This document shows, one piece after another, positions 26,062 to 39,457 of a stretch of 64,000 bases of DNA. The translations under genes were made by a program, and so were the position numbers. Under the pieces are notes generated by a model that saw only the letters and a program-made list of their open reading frames with translations, did not search any database and was not told the DNA's origin. Origin of the DNA: Octopus sinensis (Eukaryota); NCBI RefSeq assembly GCF_006345805.1, contig NC_043002.1, forward strand, positions 104,036,001 through 104,100,000. The letters are read 5' to 3'. Position 1 is the first letter of the stretch; every line of letters starts with the position of its first letter.

Positions 26062-26448
26062 TTTTACTCTTTACTCTTTTACTCTTTTACTCTTTTACTT
26101 GTTTCAGTCATTTGACTGCGGCCATGCTGGAGCACCGCCTTCAGTCGAGCAAACCGACCCCGGGACTTATTCTTTGTAAGCCCAGTACTTATTCTATCGG
26201 TCTCTTATGCCGAACCGCTAAGTGACGGGGACGCAAACACACCAGCATCGGTTGTCAAGCACAGACACACAGACACACAAACACACACACATATATATAT
26301 ATATAGTGTCCGTCTACCAAATACACTCACAAGGCATTGGTCGGCCCGGGGCTATAGCAGAAGACACTTGCCCAAGATGCCACGCAGTGGGACTGAACCC
26401 GGAACCATGTGGTTGGTTGGCAAGCTACTTACCACACAGCCACTCCTG
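26062..26448 (-). mobile_element. tRNA-derived SINE, family 1, with (TTTTACTC)n tail
   Basis: Colinear with 6729-7133. Confidence 0.9.
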
Positions 26449-26768
26449 TTTTAATTAGATTTCTTTAAAAATCAGTAGTAATAATAAATCGTACAACAAG
26501 TAGAGTCAACCAACACACTCCTAAAGTTCTAGTAGCAACGAAAAAGGAAGAGAAATAAGGAAATAAAAAAAAATAATTTAGTAACTCGCTTACACTTTGC
26601 CATGGCGAAGTTACAAGAGGATAATAATTTGAAAATCAAATTCCAAAGTTTAAAACAAGGAAATTATATACACATTCAGAATGTTCGAGATTGATGTAGA
26701 GAAAAAAATGTTGTCAATGATATAAAGAAACAAAAACTACTTTTGAAAAAGAAAAAAAATATTTGAAA

Positions 26769-27277
26769 CTAGCAGTATCGCCCGGCGTTGCTCGGGTTTG
26801 TAAGGGAAATAACTATATAAGCATTTTTAGAGAGTTACTTCCCTTATATATGCCAATTCGGGCTTAGCCATTTCTGTTTTGGTGTCTTCAAGCCATGAAG
26901 TCGTTGTTCTAAAAGAGCGCTGGTCTCCTTGACAACGCTTTACGACGTTGATTTCCTTACACTCCCTTCCCCACAGGTTCTCGAGGGAGGGAAGAAGGGG
27001 GAGAAGCAAACAGGTGCAGGTGTGACCATGGACGTCAACTCCGCCGCCATCGACACACGAAAAATTATGCATTAAAATGGAATAAAAAATGATGTTAAAT
27101 TATTTTTAAAATCGTAGACTCATCGTAGACGCGCGCTAATACTCAGACGGGCTCGATATGAATCACGACTATAAGATACCCGAATTTGGTTAAACTGCAC
27201 CGCAAAATGTGGGAGGAGTTAGGAATCTAAATCGAAGGGGACAGACACTCACACAACTACAGTTTTATATATATAGA
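26769..27277 (-). mobile_element. non-autonomous Helitron, both ends intact (509 bp)
   Basis: On the minus strand it begins TC (TCTATATATATAAAA) and ends CTAG. A GC hairpin CCCGAGCAACGCCGGG lies 8 nt before the CTAG, and the element is inserted between A and T with no TSD. Confidence 0.85.
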
Positions 27278-27627
27278 TATAAACAGAAAAGAGACTATGA
27301 ATGGGTATATAGACTCTATTAATAATGACACTTCTTAAATATATAACAATATTAGATTCAACTCTCAGTCTCAAATCAAAATCGTTACAAACGAAATTGA
27401 AAAAAACGATATGTATTGTATGATATTCAGGTATCGTGTGGGAGTACCACTACTTTTCCATTAATTCAGAAAATGGAGCCAAAAAATAAAAAATAAACAG
27501 AAACGGGTAATTCTAAAATCAAGCGACGAAGCGCAATGCGAAAATCTGCTTTGAATATAGCAACGAGAAAAAGAAAAGCAAGAACAACGACACAACGGCA
27601 ACGAATGCGACCATGACAGCAACAAAT

Positions 27628-27672
<45 letters not shown>

Positions 27673-27945
27673 ATGATGATGATGGTGGTGATGATGATCA
27701 TGATGATGATGATGATGGTGGTGATGATGATGATGATGATGGCGATGAAGATGATGATGGTGAGGAGGATAAGGATGGTGATGATGATGATGAGGAGGAG
27801 GGGAGGATGATGATGATGGTGATAATGATGATGATGATGCTCATGATGATGAGTATGAGGAGGAGGATGATGATGATGACGACGACGACGGCGACGATGA
27901 TGATGATGATAATCATGACAATGATGATGACGACGACGACGATGG
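27628..27945. repeat. compound (ATG)n/(GGT)/(GAG)/(GAC) microsatellite
   Basis: Directly visible; source of the poly-M/H ORFs. Confidence 0.95.
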
Positions 27946-28454
27946 CTTAGGCACAACTTCAGCTGCATCTTCGCGTTAAAGCAAAGAGGGCGAAGTTTTC
28001 CTAGCCTTAATCAATGGACGCCACATACGCAGAAGTATTCTGTTATAAAGAGTTAAATGCATTCTTCAAGATATTATTAGTTGGGATAAAATGCTTACTA
28101 AGCGTAGTTCCATTTATTAGGGGCATTCTTTTTACTCTCTCATAGCCTTCCAGCTTTTATTGTAGGTCAGTTCCGATATGTCCACTCCGGTGTAGTAAAA
28201 CGCAAGAATTTGAAACAAGAGTAAAGTCTTTTCCTTAGGCCTTTCAGTTTTCCATTTCACCTTCATTACCATGGATTTTTGGAAATTTTCCATTTTCCAC
28301 GGCTTGGAAAGACAACCAACATGTACCAGGCAGCTGCATCAAGACCAAATTCAGACATCTGCCCAGACCATCGTGGCAATGTCCTGCTAAAAGTTTCTCT
28401 CGCGAGAACAAACATTTCACTTCAACCAGCAACATCGCGGGACTGGCAGAAAGT

Positions 28455-28870
28455 TAAGGCGGCGAGCTGGCAGAAACGTTAGCACGCCGGACGAAATGCG
28501 TAGCCGTATTTCGTCCGCCGTTACGTTCTGAGTTCAAATTCCGCCGAGGTCGACTTTGCCTTTCATTCTTTCGGGGTCGATTAATAAGTACCACTTACGC
28601 CCTGGTGTCGATATACTCGACTTAATCCGTGTGTCTGTCCTTGTTTGTCCACTCTGTGTTTAGCCCCTTGTGGGTAGTAAAGAAATAGGTATTTCGTCTG
28701 CCACTACGTTCTGAGTTCAAATTCCGCCGAGGTCGACTTTGCCTTTCATTCTTTCACGGTCGATTAATAAGTACCAGCTATGCCCTGGTGTCGATATAGT
28801 CGACTTAATCCGTTTGTCTGTCCTTGTTTGTCCCCTCTGTGTGTAGTCCCTTGTGGGCAGTAAAGAAATA
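28455..28870 (+). mobile_element. SINE family 3 followed by a tandem partial duplicate of its 3' ~180 bp
   Basis: Full copy 28455-28688, then GTATTTCGTCTGCC... restarts at 28689 and runs to a second GTAAAGAAATA end. Confidence 0.9.
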
Positions 28871-29537
28871 AGAAAGTTACAAGCTTTTCATAAAATCCCT
28901 AACACCACATAACCAGTATTGTCTACACTTCACCCTGGAATGCAAATCAGAGAAAGTGAGCAAGGGCAGAAAGCAATTCCTGCTTATAGGCCACCAGTAC
29001 TAGTCATTGTGAAGAAACCACTGTAAATGCAGCAGCCTCAGCTCATATCTCGCTATTGTCAACTGCGGGATAGTTAGACCATGAAGCAGACGCTCTAAGT
29101 TAAAAACGTACCTTCTAATTAAAGCATCGTCACGTATTCAATATGATCAGAGGAGACGACAAACAACAAGACTAGGGGTTATTAATATTTCAATGAAGAC
29201 AAAAGTCATGAATATAAACAGAAGAAAGAAATATATCACGAAACTTACTGGATTTGCTTTAAAAACGAAACAGTCTAAAATATAAGAAAGATAAATTTGA
29301 TACAGAAATAATTCTGGCATATGAAACTAGGTCGCTCAAATAGTATGCTAAAATAGGAAACAACAAATAAGCATGAAATGTAGGGAGTGCATCCAAAAAT
29401 AGATCACTGCTGTTTAAAGTTAACACGGTTCTCATTAAAGGCATGTTTAAAAGACGCAAATAAAGACGTGACGGAGAAAACTATTCCAAGAGCAAAATGT
29501 AATTGCCAGAATTTCGATAAAGATATATTGGTGAATA

Positions 29538-29544
<7 letters not shown>

Positions 29545-29613
<69 letters not shown>

Positions 29614-29631
29614 CCTATCTATCTGTCTATA

Positions 29632-29711
<80 letters not shown>

Positions 29712-29712
29712 A
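29545..29712. repeat. (CT)n/(TCTA)n microsatellite
   Basis: Directly visible. Confidence 0.97.
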
Positions 29713-29763
29713 ATTAATCTATTTATATCTATATGTGTATGTATCTCACTCCACGTATATATT

Positions 29764-29797
<34 letters not shown>

Positions 29798-30079
29798 CAT
29801 ATACGCATACAACCTAACATACACACACATATGTGTGTATGTATTACACATGAATAAATGCATACATATATAAACACATACATGTGTATGTATATATATA
29901 TATATATATGTGTGTATATACATATAAATCTGTAAACCTTTCCAGAAGTTCATCATTTAAATAGATATGAGTATGTCTAGATATGCAACGATATGCATGA
30001 GAATACATACATAAGACAAAGAAATCTGCACATACATACATGCATACATAAATACATACATATATACATATATACATAC

Positions 30080-30535
30080 TAAAGCAATTTACAAGGTCAT
30101 CCGCAAAAATGACTTTCCTAACATAAACTTAGAAAATCCCTCTGTTATGGAATACATTCATAAACACCAATTCAAAGTATATTGTTGGAATATTCCCATC
30201 AGAACCTCTGACACATGTAAGAATAAACCCCCTGACATTGATGTTTGGGACAGAGGGGTAAAAGTATGTACCATCATAGAGTTTAGCTGCCCTGCAGATA
30301 TAAATATCTCTTTGAAAATCAATGAAAAATAGGATCTCTATGGACAGCTACTTCCAAACCTCCAGCTAAATAATAATTGGAGCTCTGGGTTTTGTTAGTA
30401 AATGCTTAAAGGAGAATCTGGATAAACTGGGATTTCAGAAAGATAAATCGACCGGTTGTTTCGTACATTACATGTTCAATCTCTGAGTGGAACAGTTAGA
30501 ATATGCAAGACATTTCTCAAGTTCCAAATATGAAA
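30080..30535 (+). mobile_element. RLE-type LINE 3' end (family 2)
   Basis: WNIPIRTSDTCKNKPPDIDVWDRGVKVCTIIEFSCPADINISLKINEK...IIGALGFVSKCLKENLDKLGF...SLSGTVRICKTFLKFQI*. Confidence 0.85.
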
Positions 30536-31779
30536 TTGTCTGTGTTAACTACATCCCTAAAGTGGAGCCTTGTATCTTTGTTGGAAACCGGCTCCTTTCT
30601 CAATGGAAGAATTATAATAATTATAAAATAGTATTTGAATATTTTGTGCTGGTTTATCGAACAATTACTGTTTGAAATTGAAGTACGTTAAAACTCCTAT
30701 AGCAGCCAACATGGATTTTATAATATATCAAACTCTCGAATCCTTGCTTTGATCTCTCTATGATCATTTACATTGAATTCACGCATCATCGAACACTCTT
30801 AGTTTCCTCCACTTTCCTGTATTTCCAGGCGTTTTTACGTCTTTCTACTCATCTATATCTGCGTATTCATAAATGGTTTAAACTTGCAAATCTAAAACGC
30901 ACAGTCAGTGATTCTGCTTCTTGTCTACCTTTCAACAAGCATGAGTTTTGAATCTCAGTGTACGAGTGTGTAATGTGGAAAACATCAAAACCATATTTAA
31001 TACATTTGGGTTTTTTTCTCATTGTTCTCGCCTGCAATTAATTTTCTTACTTTGGATTCATGAAAGATTCAAATTTTCAACATTTTCTCGTAAAACTACT
31101 GCATAAATACACACTTATATACTCTCTCTCTTCCATTAAAATATTAAGGCGTTTGCATATATGGAGAGAAAAAAAGATAATTGCATTATTTCTTTTTATA
31201 CGTTTGATCTCCCGTGTGACATACTGGAATTCATATCATCACTGCAACTACAGCAAGACAAAAGTATCGAAGGAATTTTTCTTTATCTTTGAAACATTTA
31301 ACCTTCTTTCTTTTGTATTTTCAGAACTTTGGGACGTAATTCTTATGCTATGCTCCTAAAATCCTTCCTTTTGCTCCTCGTTGGTTACAGCATCATTCTA
31401 AATGTCATGAAAGGGAAACAAACATTACGACACAGCAGCTACAGAAGATAAAGGATTTTATAGCAACTAATACCATCACCATTAGAATAGAATCTTTCCA
31501 AATACACTCCCTCCTCCTCTTCATTCCGTTTTTTACCTGATAATGATACCTTTTTCAACGACATGATAAAGAGAATTGAATATAGTCATAACTACTTTTG
31601 TAAAACAATCTACCATCTCTTGTATAGGGGTTATTTTTAGTTGTATATTGCTATACTAATAAAAACAATCTAGAAACACAGATCTTACAGGGAATTGCCA
31701 TAGAAACCTGAATAACACTTGGCTGTGAAAAATGTTCCCAGAACAATTTGAAGTAAAGAAAATTAATTTTGAACAAAAA

Positions 31780-33256
31780 TATTATTATTGGTTAAAAAAT
31801 AGCAATAAATGAACTAGAAGAAATCGGGGCATAAAAATTCTTCGGAATCAATTAACTAGATACTGTACAACCTGCACTAATGTAAGAAAAGATAAGCAAG
31901 GAATATTATATCGAATTAAAGTCTTGTTTTACACAGAGCTAAACCTCAAAACTAAGGTAATAGGTATCGATGTTATTGCTGTCTCAGTTATACGCTATAG
32001 GTCTTAACGGTTGCGAAATGAACTAGCAACACGAAACAAAGAAAGAAGATAACTAATGACTGCATTGAAAACTCATCACCCTGAATCTGACATGGATGTA
32101 TTATATATGTCATGATCTGAAGGCAGTTGAAGCCTTATACAATGAGAATATAGCTATAAAATATCAACCACAGCACAACGGAAATATCAAATTCGGTATC
32201 AAAGAAACCTTATACATATCTCTACAGAACATAAACAAATCACAACCAAACTGTTTTCTGTCTTCAAGGAAGTCGATGAACACAAACCGATGCCACAATA
32301 TCTGATAGATGTGCAGAAAAAGAAGGAACACCAAAGATTGTAAAGTAGATTTAATTAAGGAGAACTGGAACTACAGAATACCATGATTAAAAGGTTAGCT
32401 AGAAAAACAAAAATAAAAAAAGCAATCCTACATCACAAATACTGGAATAAGCTGACTTAACAAAAAGAAAGTACCTCACTTTAGAAAGAAAGAACACTTG
32501 CATCGGTGGCTGAGGATCGCAGAGATCAAGGGTTCTTCATTGCTGCACAATACCAAATTCCCCCTATGAGACCCACCAAAGACACACAATAAAGCAGAAT
32601 AAAATAATTGCAAAAAATGTGACCATGATCAAGAAATAATGAATGATATTTTATCTGGTTGCCTACTCTTGACTGAGACATGACAGACATGGGGCTTATA
32701 TTCACGAGGATCTACCTTTATTATAAAATGACAACAGAAAAAAAAACGATATTATACTTATATCCTCGAAAAAGTCTTAAATTATAACAAAGCGATTACT
32801 CTGGGATATGGCCATGCACACAGACCGGGAGATAAAGACTAAAAGATTAGATACTCTTATCGACAATCAGAAAATAATATTCAGCCAAACAACACATGAA
32901 TCCCAGTTGATGATAATATACTCCAGCAGGAAATGGAGAAATTAATAAAATACAAATTTCTGGAAATAGAATTATCCGCAATGTGGTGGGTGGAATCAGA
33001 AACATAGTCTTCAATAATAGGTGATTTAGATACGGTTAAAATCCATGCCGACAAAAAAAGAAAATGGAAACACCAAGGCTTACGAATATATATAAAGCAA
33101 ACAGAATATTATACGGATAAACACAGCACATCTTATGCAGAACATTTTGAATCTAGTGAAATTGGCAACACGAAGGCGAAATGAGTGTAGATACCCAAGG
33201 CAGACTGAGTTGAATTCGATAGTGCAGTGAAGGCACCCAAGAAAAATAAGTCCATT
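31780..33256 (+). mobile_element. decayed R4/Dong-type LINE (RT tail, CCHC, RLE, 3' UTR)
   Basis: Frameshifted KISKEY..RIK, THHPESDMDVLY, FFIAAQ, ILSGC and WDMAMHTDREIK motifs. The 3' UTR ATACCCAAGGCA...GTGCAGTGAAGGCAC resembles the family A UTR. Confidence 0.7.
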
Positions 33257-33257
33257 G

Positions 33258-33400
<143 letters not shown>

Positions 33401-33403
33401 ATA

Positions 33404-34292
33404 TGGCTTAAAATCTGAAACAGAGGGGTTTATCATAGCAGCTCAAGATCAATGCCTACCAACAAGAAACTACCAGGCCAACATATTAAAGATCAGAAGC
33501 AGTCCAACGTGTCGTGTATGCAAGCAACAAAATGAAACCATTGACCATGTGGTCTCCAAGTGCAGTCTTCTAGCGCCTACAGAGTATCTCAACAGGCACG
33601 ATAGAGCTGCACAATATATTCACTGGGTAATCTGTAAAAACCTGGAGTTGCCCCATGAGAAAACTGGTGGGAACACAAACCACCCCCAGTGCTTGAAAAT
33701 GACCACATCTCACTCCTCTGGAACTTCACCATTCAAACTGACAGGAAGATAGATGCAAATAGGCCAGACATCATATTGAAAGACTTCAAACAAAGAACAT
33801 GCCTCCTCATTGATATGACTGTCCCAATCGATATAAACGTATCTGTCAGGACTACCAAAACTGAGCAAATATAAAGATCTTGAAATAGAAATCAGCAAAA
33901 TGTGGAAGCTGAAGACTAAAACAATACCTGTTGTCATAGGTGCCCTGGGAATGATAGCAAAAGGGGCTGATAGCTACCTAACTCAGATACCAGAAACCCC
34001 AAAATGGCAGAAGTTCAAAAGATAGTGCTCATGGGAACTGCTCATATCCTACGCAAAATACTCTCTATGTAACCTCAAGGTTTAAAACAACCATAATTTT
34101 CGGTTTAAAAAAAAAAACAAAAAAAAAAAAAACTTTTTTTTTTAGACATTCATTAGTACAACATCCCCACCCCCCCAAATATATGGCACACTAGCATAAC
34201 AACAACATGAACTTTCAACCCTGTTGTCTCTTGAGGTCTCTGGTGAGACTTGGAGCCAACTTGTACAAATATAAAGCAAAAGTCAAACATAG
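33404..34292 (+). mobile_element. R4/Dong-type LINE (family C), 5'-truncated, (AAT)n tail
   Basis: GLKSETEGFIIAAQDQCLPTRNY..CRVCKQQNETIDHVVSKC (CCHC)..RHD..LLWNFTIQTDRKIDANRPDIILKD..CLLIDMTVP..KYKDLEIEI..VVIGALG..LMGTAHILRKILSM*; few frameshifts. Confidence 0.92.
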
Positions 34293-34338
34293 AATAATAA
34301 TAATAATATTAATGATAATAATAATAATAATAATAATA

Positions 34339-34374
<36 letters not shown>

Positions 34375-34376
<2 letters not shown>

Positions 34377-34921
34377 CATATTATCTGTAGCTGCCCAGTC
34401 CTGGCTAAGAAGGAATATATTCACAGACATGACAGAGTTGGAACCAAATACATTGGAAGCTATGCCAACATTATGGAATAACAACAGAAAAAAGACGGTA
34501 TAGGCACACACCAGAAAAGGTCACAGAAAACGAGAAAGCAACCATACTCTGGGATATGCCGATACACACATATAGAGAAATTAAGGCCAACAGACCAGAT
34601 ATAGAAACTCTCAAAATACAAAGACCTGGAAATAGAGGTAACTAGAATGTGGAATCTGAAAACAGAAACAATTCCTATCATAGTAGGTGCATTAGGCATG
34701 ACAAAAAAATATTCAGACAAATACATAACAAAAACATCAGGACTTACAAACACATATAACATACAGAAAATTGTACTACTAGGCACTGCACACATCCTAC
34801 GCAGAACACTTTCCATACAATAACCATCAGAGCATCACAACAAATCACAGCACATACCCAAGGCACACAGAGCTGCGCTCGGTAGTGAAGTGAAAGCACG
34901 CTATAAAAATAAAACTACTGA
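34375..34921 (+). mobile_element. R4/Dong-type LINE (family A), 5'-truncated, internally deleted, (AAT)n tail
   Basis: CPVLAKKEYIHRHDRVG..ILWDMPIHTYREIKANRPDI joins directly to KLSKYKDLEIEVTRMWNLKTETIPIIVGALG..GTAHILRRTLSIQ*. Confidence 0.92.
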
Positions 34922-34933
34922 ATAATAATAATA

Positions 34934-35000
<67 letters not shown>

Positions 35001-35009
35001 TAATAATAA

Positions 35010-35040
<31 letters not shown>

Positions 35041-35850
35041 AAGAAGACGAACAACAACAACAACAACCAACAACAACAAAATTGTCCGACGAACGGGAAA
35101 GTGAAACTCTGTCTAACAGTTTTAGTGTTATTTTTGGAGCTTTTTGATAAACCATATCACTCTACCTGTGGTATTCGAGTACTATTTTTCTACCTTGTTT
35201 CGCATTTATGTGCTTACTCTAATATATATATATAGCCAAACTGACAGCAGAAAGTGTTGTATTCATGTTTGAATGCAACGATGATGGTATAAGTTAAAGA
35301 AGTACCAGTTATACAATTGATTAACGGCAAAACTATTATACAACTATAACACAAGTTTGTGAAACTTAGTCTGTTTCCTAATCTTAAATAAGTATTTATT
35401 TGTGTATGTTTGTTTCCCCACTTATAATATATAAGAAAACAAACCAGTAAACTTTAAAGGCTGAAAGAAACAGATATCAAAAATGAAAAACATCACCATT
35501 ATTTCAGAAAGCAGGGTTGCGTTTCCAATCAACTTAACACTTTGAAATCGTTATAAGGAATTTAGATAAACTTCACAGAACAAATAATTACTTTTCTTTG
35601 GCAACCTTCCCTCCATTATAACTGTGTTGATCTGTTTGTTGTGTCCTGATGCTAGAAAAATCAAAGTAAATGATTCGCCTTATTTAGCATGTAAATAGTT
35701 AAAATTTACTGAGAATTCTGTTGCCATGGAGATTATAAGATTTATATATGTATTGAAATAAGAACGCTTCATATGTTTGCGTTTGCGTGCGTTTTAATAT
35801 TTAAGAATATATGTACGACAGTCTTTGTATAACATCACAGAAGCTCATAT

Positions 35851-35889
<39 letters not shown>

Positions 35890-35891
35890 TA

Positions 35892-35955
<64 letters not shown>

Positions 35956-36902
35956 GTGTGTGTGTGTGTGTGTGTGTTTATGTGTATGTGTATCCATGTA
36001 TTTATGTGTGCGTGCTCATGTATATATTCGTGAGAGTGGAGAGTTTATATCGATGTATATACATACATACATACATAATATATATATATATATATATATA
36101 CGTGTCTATGTGTGTGTGTGTGTGTTGTGTGTTTGTGTATATATAATGATCTCTAGCCCAAAATAAACAATTCTGTACTGCTTTGTTTAAATGTAAGACA
36201 TTGAATAAATTTCCGTAGAAAAAACCTATAGAACATTGAACTGTGTAAGCAAAACAACGAATGTCAGTTATGTTCACACCACATGATAGATAAGTGAAAA
36301 GACTACTTTTTTATTGTCATAAATAGCTGTCAAATATCAATTAACTATTGGGTGAAAAACCTACGTTGTTTTTTTTTTTTTTAACCAACGTTACCTTTAA
36401 TTCAGCTGGCATTTGATGAAAATCCTTCCAGAATTTAAGGCAAACGTTCTTTTTCAGTTCGTTCGACGTTACATTCCACTGTTTCTGCTACCCGATTTGA
36501 AGCAAAATTCGCTTGTGGGTTACAACCAGTTCTATTAATTGATTACAAATAGCTTTTAAATGTTCTATTTTAGAATGTTTGATAAGCTCCGACAATCCTT
36601 GTTTCAGTGAAACTCTCTTTGATGAATGGCATTTGAACAAGGACACAATCCAACCTGTTTTCTCTGTCTTTGTAGGTATTTTTCCTTGGCGATAAGTTTT
36701 GAAATTCTTTCATTCGTTTGTAGAATATCGACTGAATGCATAGGTTGCCACTCGTTAACATTTCTCCGATGGTGTGCATGTTTGATACATGGAGTGAATC
36801 TGCTATGGAAACATTCAGTAATCTAATTGTAAATGAGGTGAGGTTTTTCTTGTTTCACATCCTGGTAGTTTTGGGTATTGAAATATATATTGTGTCACTG
36901 TG

Positions 36903-37285
36903 TGTGGCGGTGCAATGGCGCAGTGGTTAGGGCAGCGGACTCGCGGTCGGAGGATCGCGGTTTTGATTCCCAGGCAGGGCATTGTGAGTGTTTATTGAGT
37001 GAAAACACCTAAAGCTCCACGAGGCTTCGGCAGGGGCTGGTGGTGAATCTTGCTGTACTCTTTCACCACAACTTTCTCTCGCTCTTTCTTCCTGTTTCTC
37101 TTGTACCTGTATTTCAAAGGGCCAGCCTTGTCACACTCTGTGTCACACTGAATCTCCTCGAGAACTACGTTAAGGGTACACGTGACTGTGGAGTTCTCAG
37201 CCACTTGCACGTTAATATCACGAGCAAGCTGTTCCGTTGATCGTATCAGCTGGGACCCTCATCGTCGCAACCGGCGGAGTGCTCC
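36903..37285 (+). mobile_element. tRNA-derived SINE, family 2, full length
   Basis: A box TGGCGCAGTGG, B-box-like GGTTTTGATTCC; colinear with 10870-11253. Confidence 0.92.
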
Positions 37286-37835
37286 TATGTGTCACTGTGT
37301 AACTCACTGTTCTACCTATTTGTATGTGGACGGCCTTTGTAATTGAAACGTTAAATATTTTAAAACTACCTTAACTAACTTTTACTTGTTTTTAATGAAG
37401 ATGGCTTCTGGGAAAAATTTCAGCTGTCAGCAATTCGGTAAGATGAATTCATTTGTTTTTCCCTTTATGACACTCTAGCGCCATATGTCTGGAAAGAGAT
37501 AAAAATTTTCTCAACTTTTAAAAATGATAAACAAATTTTGTCGAGTAAAGATAGTTTTTCTAACAAATAAATAATATAATATAATACCAAGAAACACTTC
37601 TATAAATATATTTTTCGTGTTAATTAAAATAAAATTGGAAAGGAATAAAACACATGGACGATTACAATTATAATTCTTTGTTGCCAGTAGTCGCGGCTAT
37701 GTTCACGGGTTTGGCATAAGCTTTCTCCATACAGATCATGTTTTTCGCTTGGGCTTACCATTTATTATGAAAGGGAGAAAGACGAAGGAATTTATCTGAC
37801 AATTCAATATTTTCCCTACAACAACAAATGGATGA

Positions 37836-38285
37836 GCACGTGTATATATGACATTTGAATCAAGCAATACTACATGGGCAAATGCAGGTGAGCTTATGAA
37901 TATTTTGAACGTTTTAGCTCTTCAAAGGACTACTCCCATTCCCATGGTAAGAACCTCGATTTCTGGAGTTAGCGAGCCTCCTCTGAGACGGGAGACATTT
38001 CGAGGATTCATGGAGGGTTTAGGATTCCACTAAAAGAATCTAATATCAAGTGGCAATATTAAAATAAGCAATGGGAGATTATGTGAATCAACAAAAGTGG
38101 ACACCAGTAAGGCTACTAAAGGTTTGACTATAGTGGCTGGAATATGAACGACAGGGGACACCAATAGAAAAGGAGATAAAAGTGTTACTCGCCATAAGAT
38201 AGATTGTGCGTATAATTCTAAAACTAGTGTCATTAAAATTATAGCGATTCAAGGATGCTCACCTTATTGTGATAAAATAAAATAG
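37836..38285 (+). mobile_element. possible ancient LINE apurinic-endonuclease (APE) remnant
   Basis: One frame with only two internal stops over ~150 codons: GELMNILNVLALQRT...EGLGFH*KNLISS...GRLC...LTIVAGI...VIKIIAIQG. It loosely follows the APE pattern (LNIDILALQET..GVGF..DRL..ITIISAY..IILGD). Confidence 0.4.
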
Positions 38286-38293
38286 AAAGATTG

Positions 38294-38296
<3 letters not shown>

Positions 38297-38371
<75 letters not shown>

Positions 38372-38508
38372 ATATATACATATATATATATTCGTTTATA
38401 TGGATAGCAATATATCTATTTAAATATATTCATATCCATTTTGCTATATATAAATATGTGTGCGTGTGTAAGTATATGTATACACACACACATATATATT
38501 ATATATAT

Positions 38509-38575
<67 letters not shown>

Positions 38576-38663
38576 GTATATATATATATATAAATATACA
38601 TACATATATATATACTTATATATATATACATATATATATATACTTATATATATATATATTATA

Positions 38664-38745
<82 letters not shown>
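38297..38745. repeat. long (TA)n-rich microsatellite region
   Basis: Directly visible. Confidence 0.95.
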
Positions 38746-38748
<3 letters not shown>

Positions 38749-38905
38749 TTAAGCGATAGAAATATCCTTTGTCTAGACATATAATACTCTAAGATATCCT
38801 ACGGAGTGATCGTATAAAAGATTATTAGATTTAGTACAAATATAATGTTGATGCAATGAAGGGTTTCAAATAATATCCACTTACGTGTATATGTCAGTGC
38901 ATGTG

Positions 38906-38944
<39 letters not shown>

Positions 38945-38986
38945 CTTTGTTTCTCTCTATCTTTCTCTGTCTGGCTGTTTGTCAGC

Positions 38987-39026
<40 letters not shown>

Positions 39027-39413
39027 ACACACTCACACAATCACACACACACACACATATATATATATACAAGTACAGATATATCAAATACCATGCAACA
39101 TATGTTCTTTATTTTCTTGAAATTATCTCCACCTCCTGATTATGTGAATATGTGCAAATAATCTTAAAGTTAAAATTTTCTTCAAATTTGACACATGATT
39201 AAGAAAAGATGAATCTTATCGTTAAAGTTCTATTGACATATGATATAATTATTTTTGCGTCTCTGTGTGTCACTCTGTTGTGTGAAATGTGTGCATATGT
39301 GTCTGCGTTTATATATATATTCGGATTTGGGAATTTATAAGTAAACCCACATAATACGAAAATTCCTGTTCAATCGATTCGTGTCATACTTTTCTCAAAT
39401 ATATCTTGTTGTA

Positions 39414-39453
<40 letters not shown>

Positions 39454-39457
<4 letters not shown>

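Noticed and set aside
36574-36836. Two exon-like segments (36574-36675 and 36724-36836); the second vaguely resembles Tudor-domain linkers (WSESAMETFSNL)
   Set aside because: The intervening intron would be 48 nt, the phases are incompatible, and the second segment has stops unless a sequencing error is assumed.
36903-36975. tRNA genes at SINE heads (also near 7133, 11253, 28455)
   Set aside because: A/B boxes are present but there is no complete cloverleaf, and each continues into a SINE body.
37680-37715. Possible old Helitron 3' end
   Set aside because: No CTAG, a poor hairpin, and no 5' end found.
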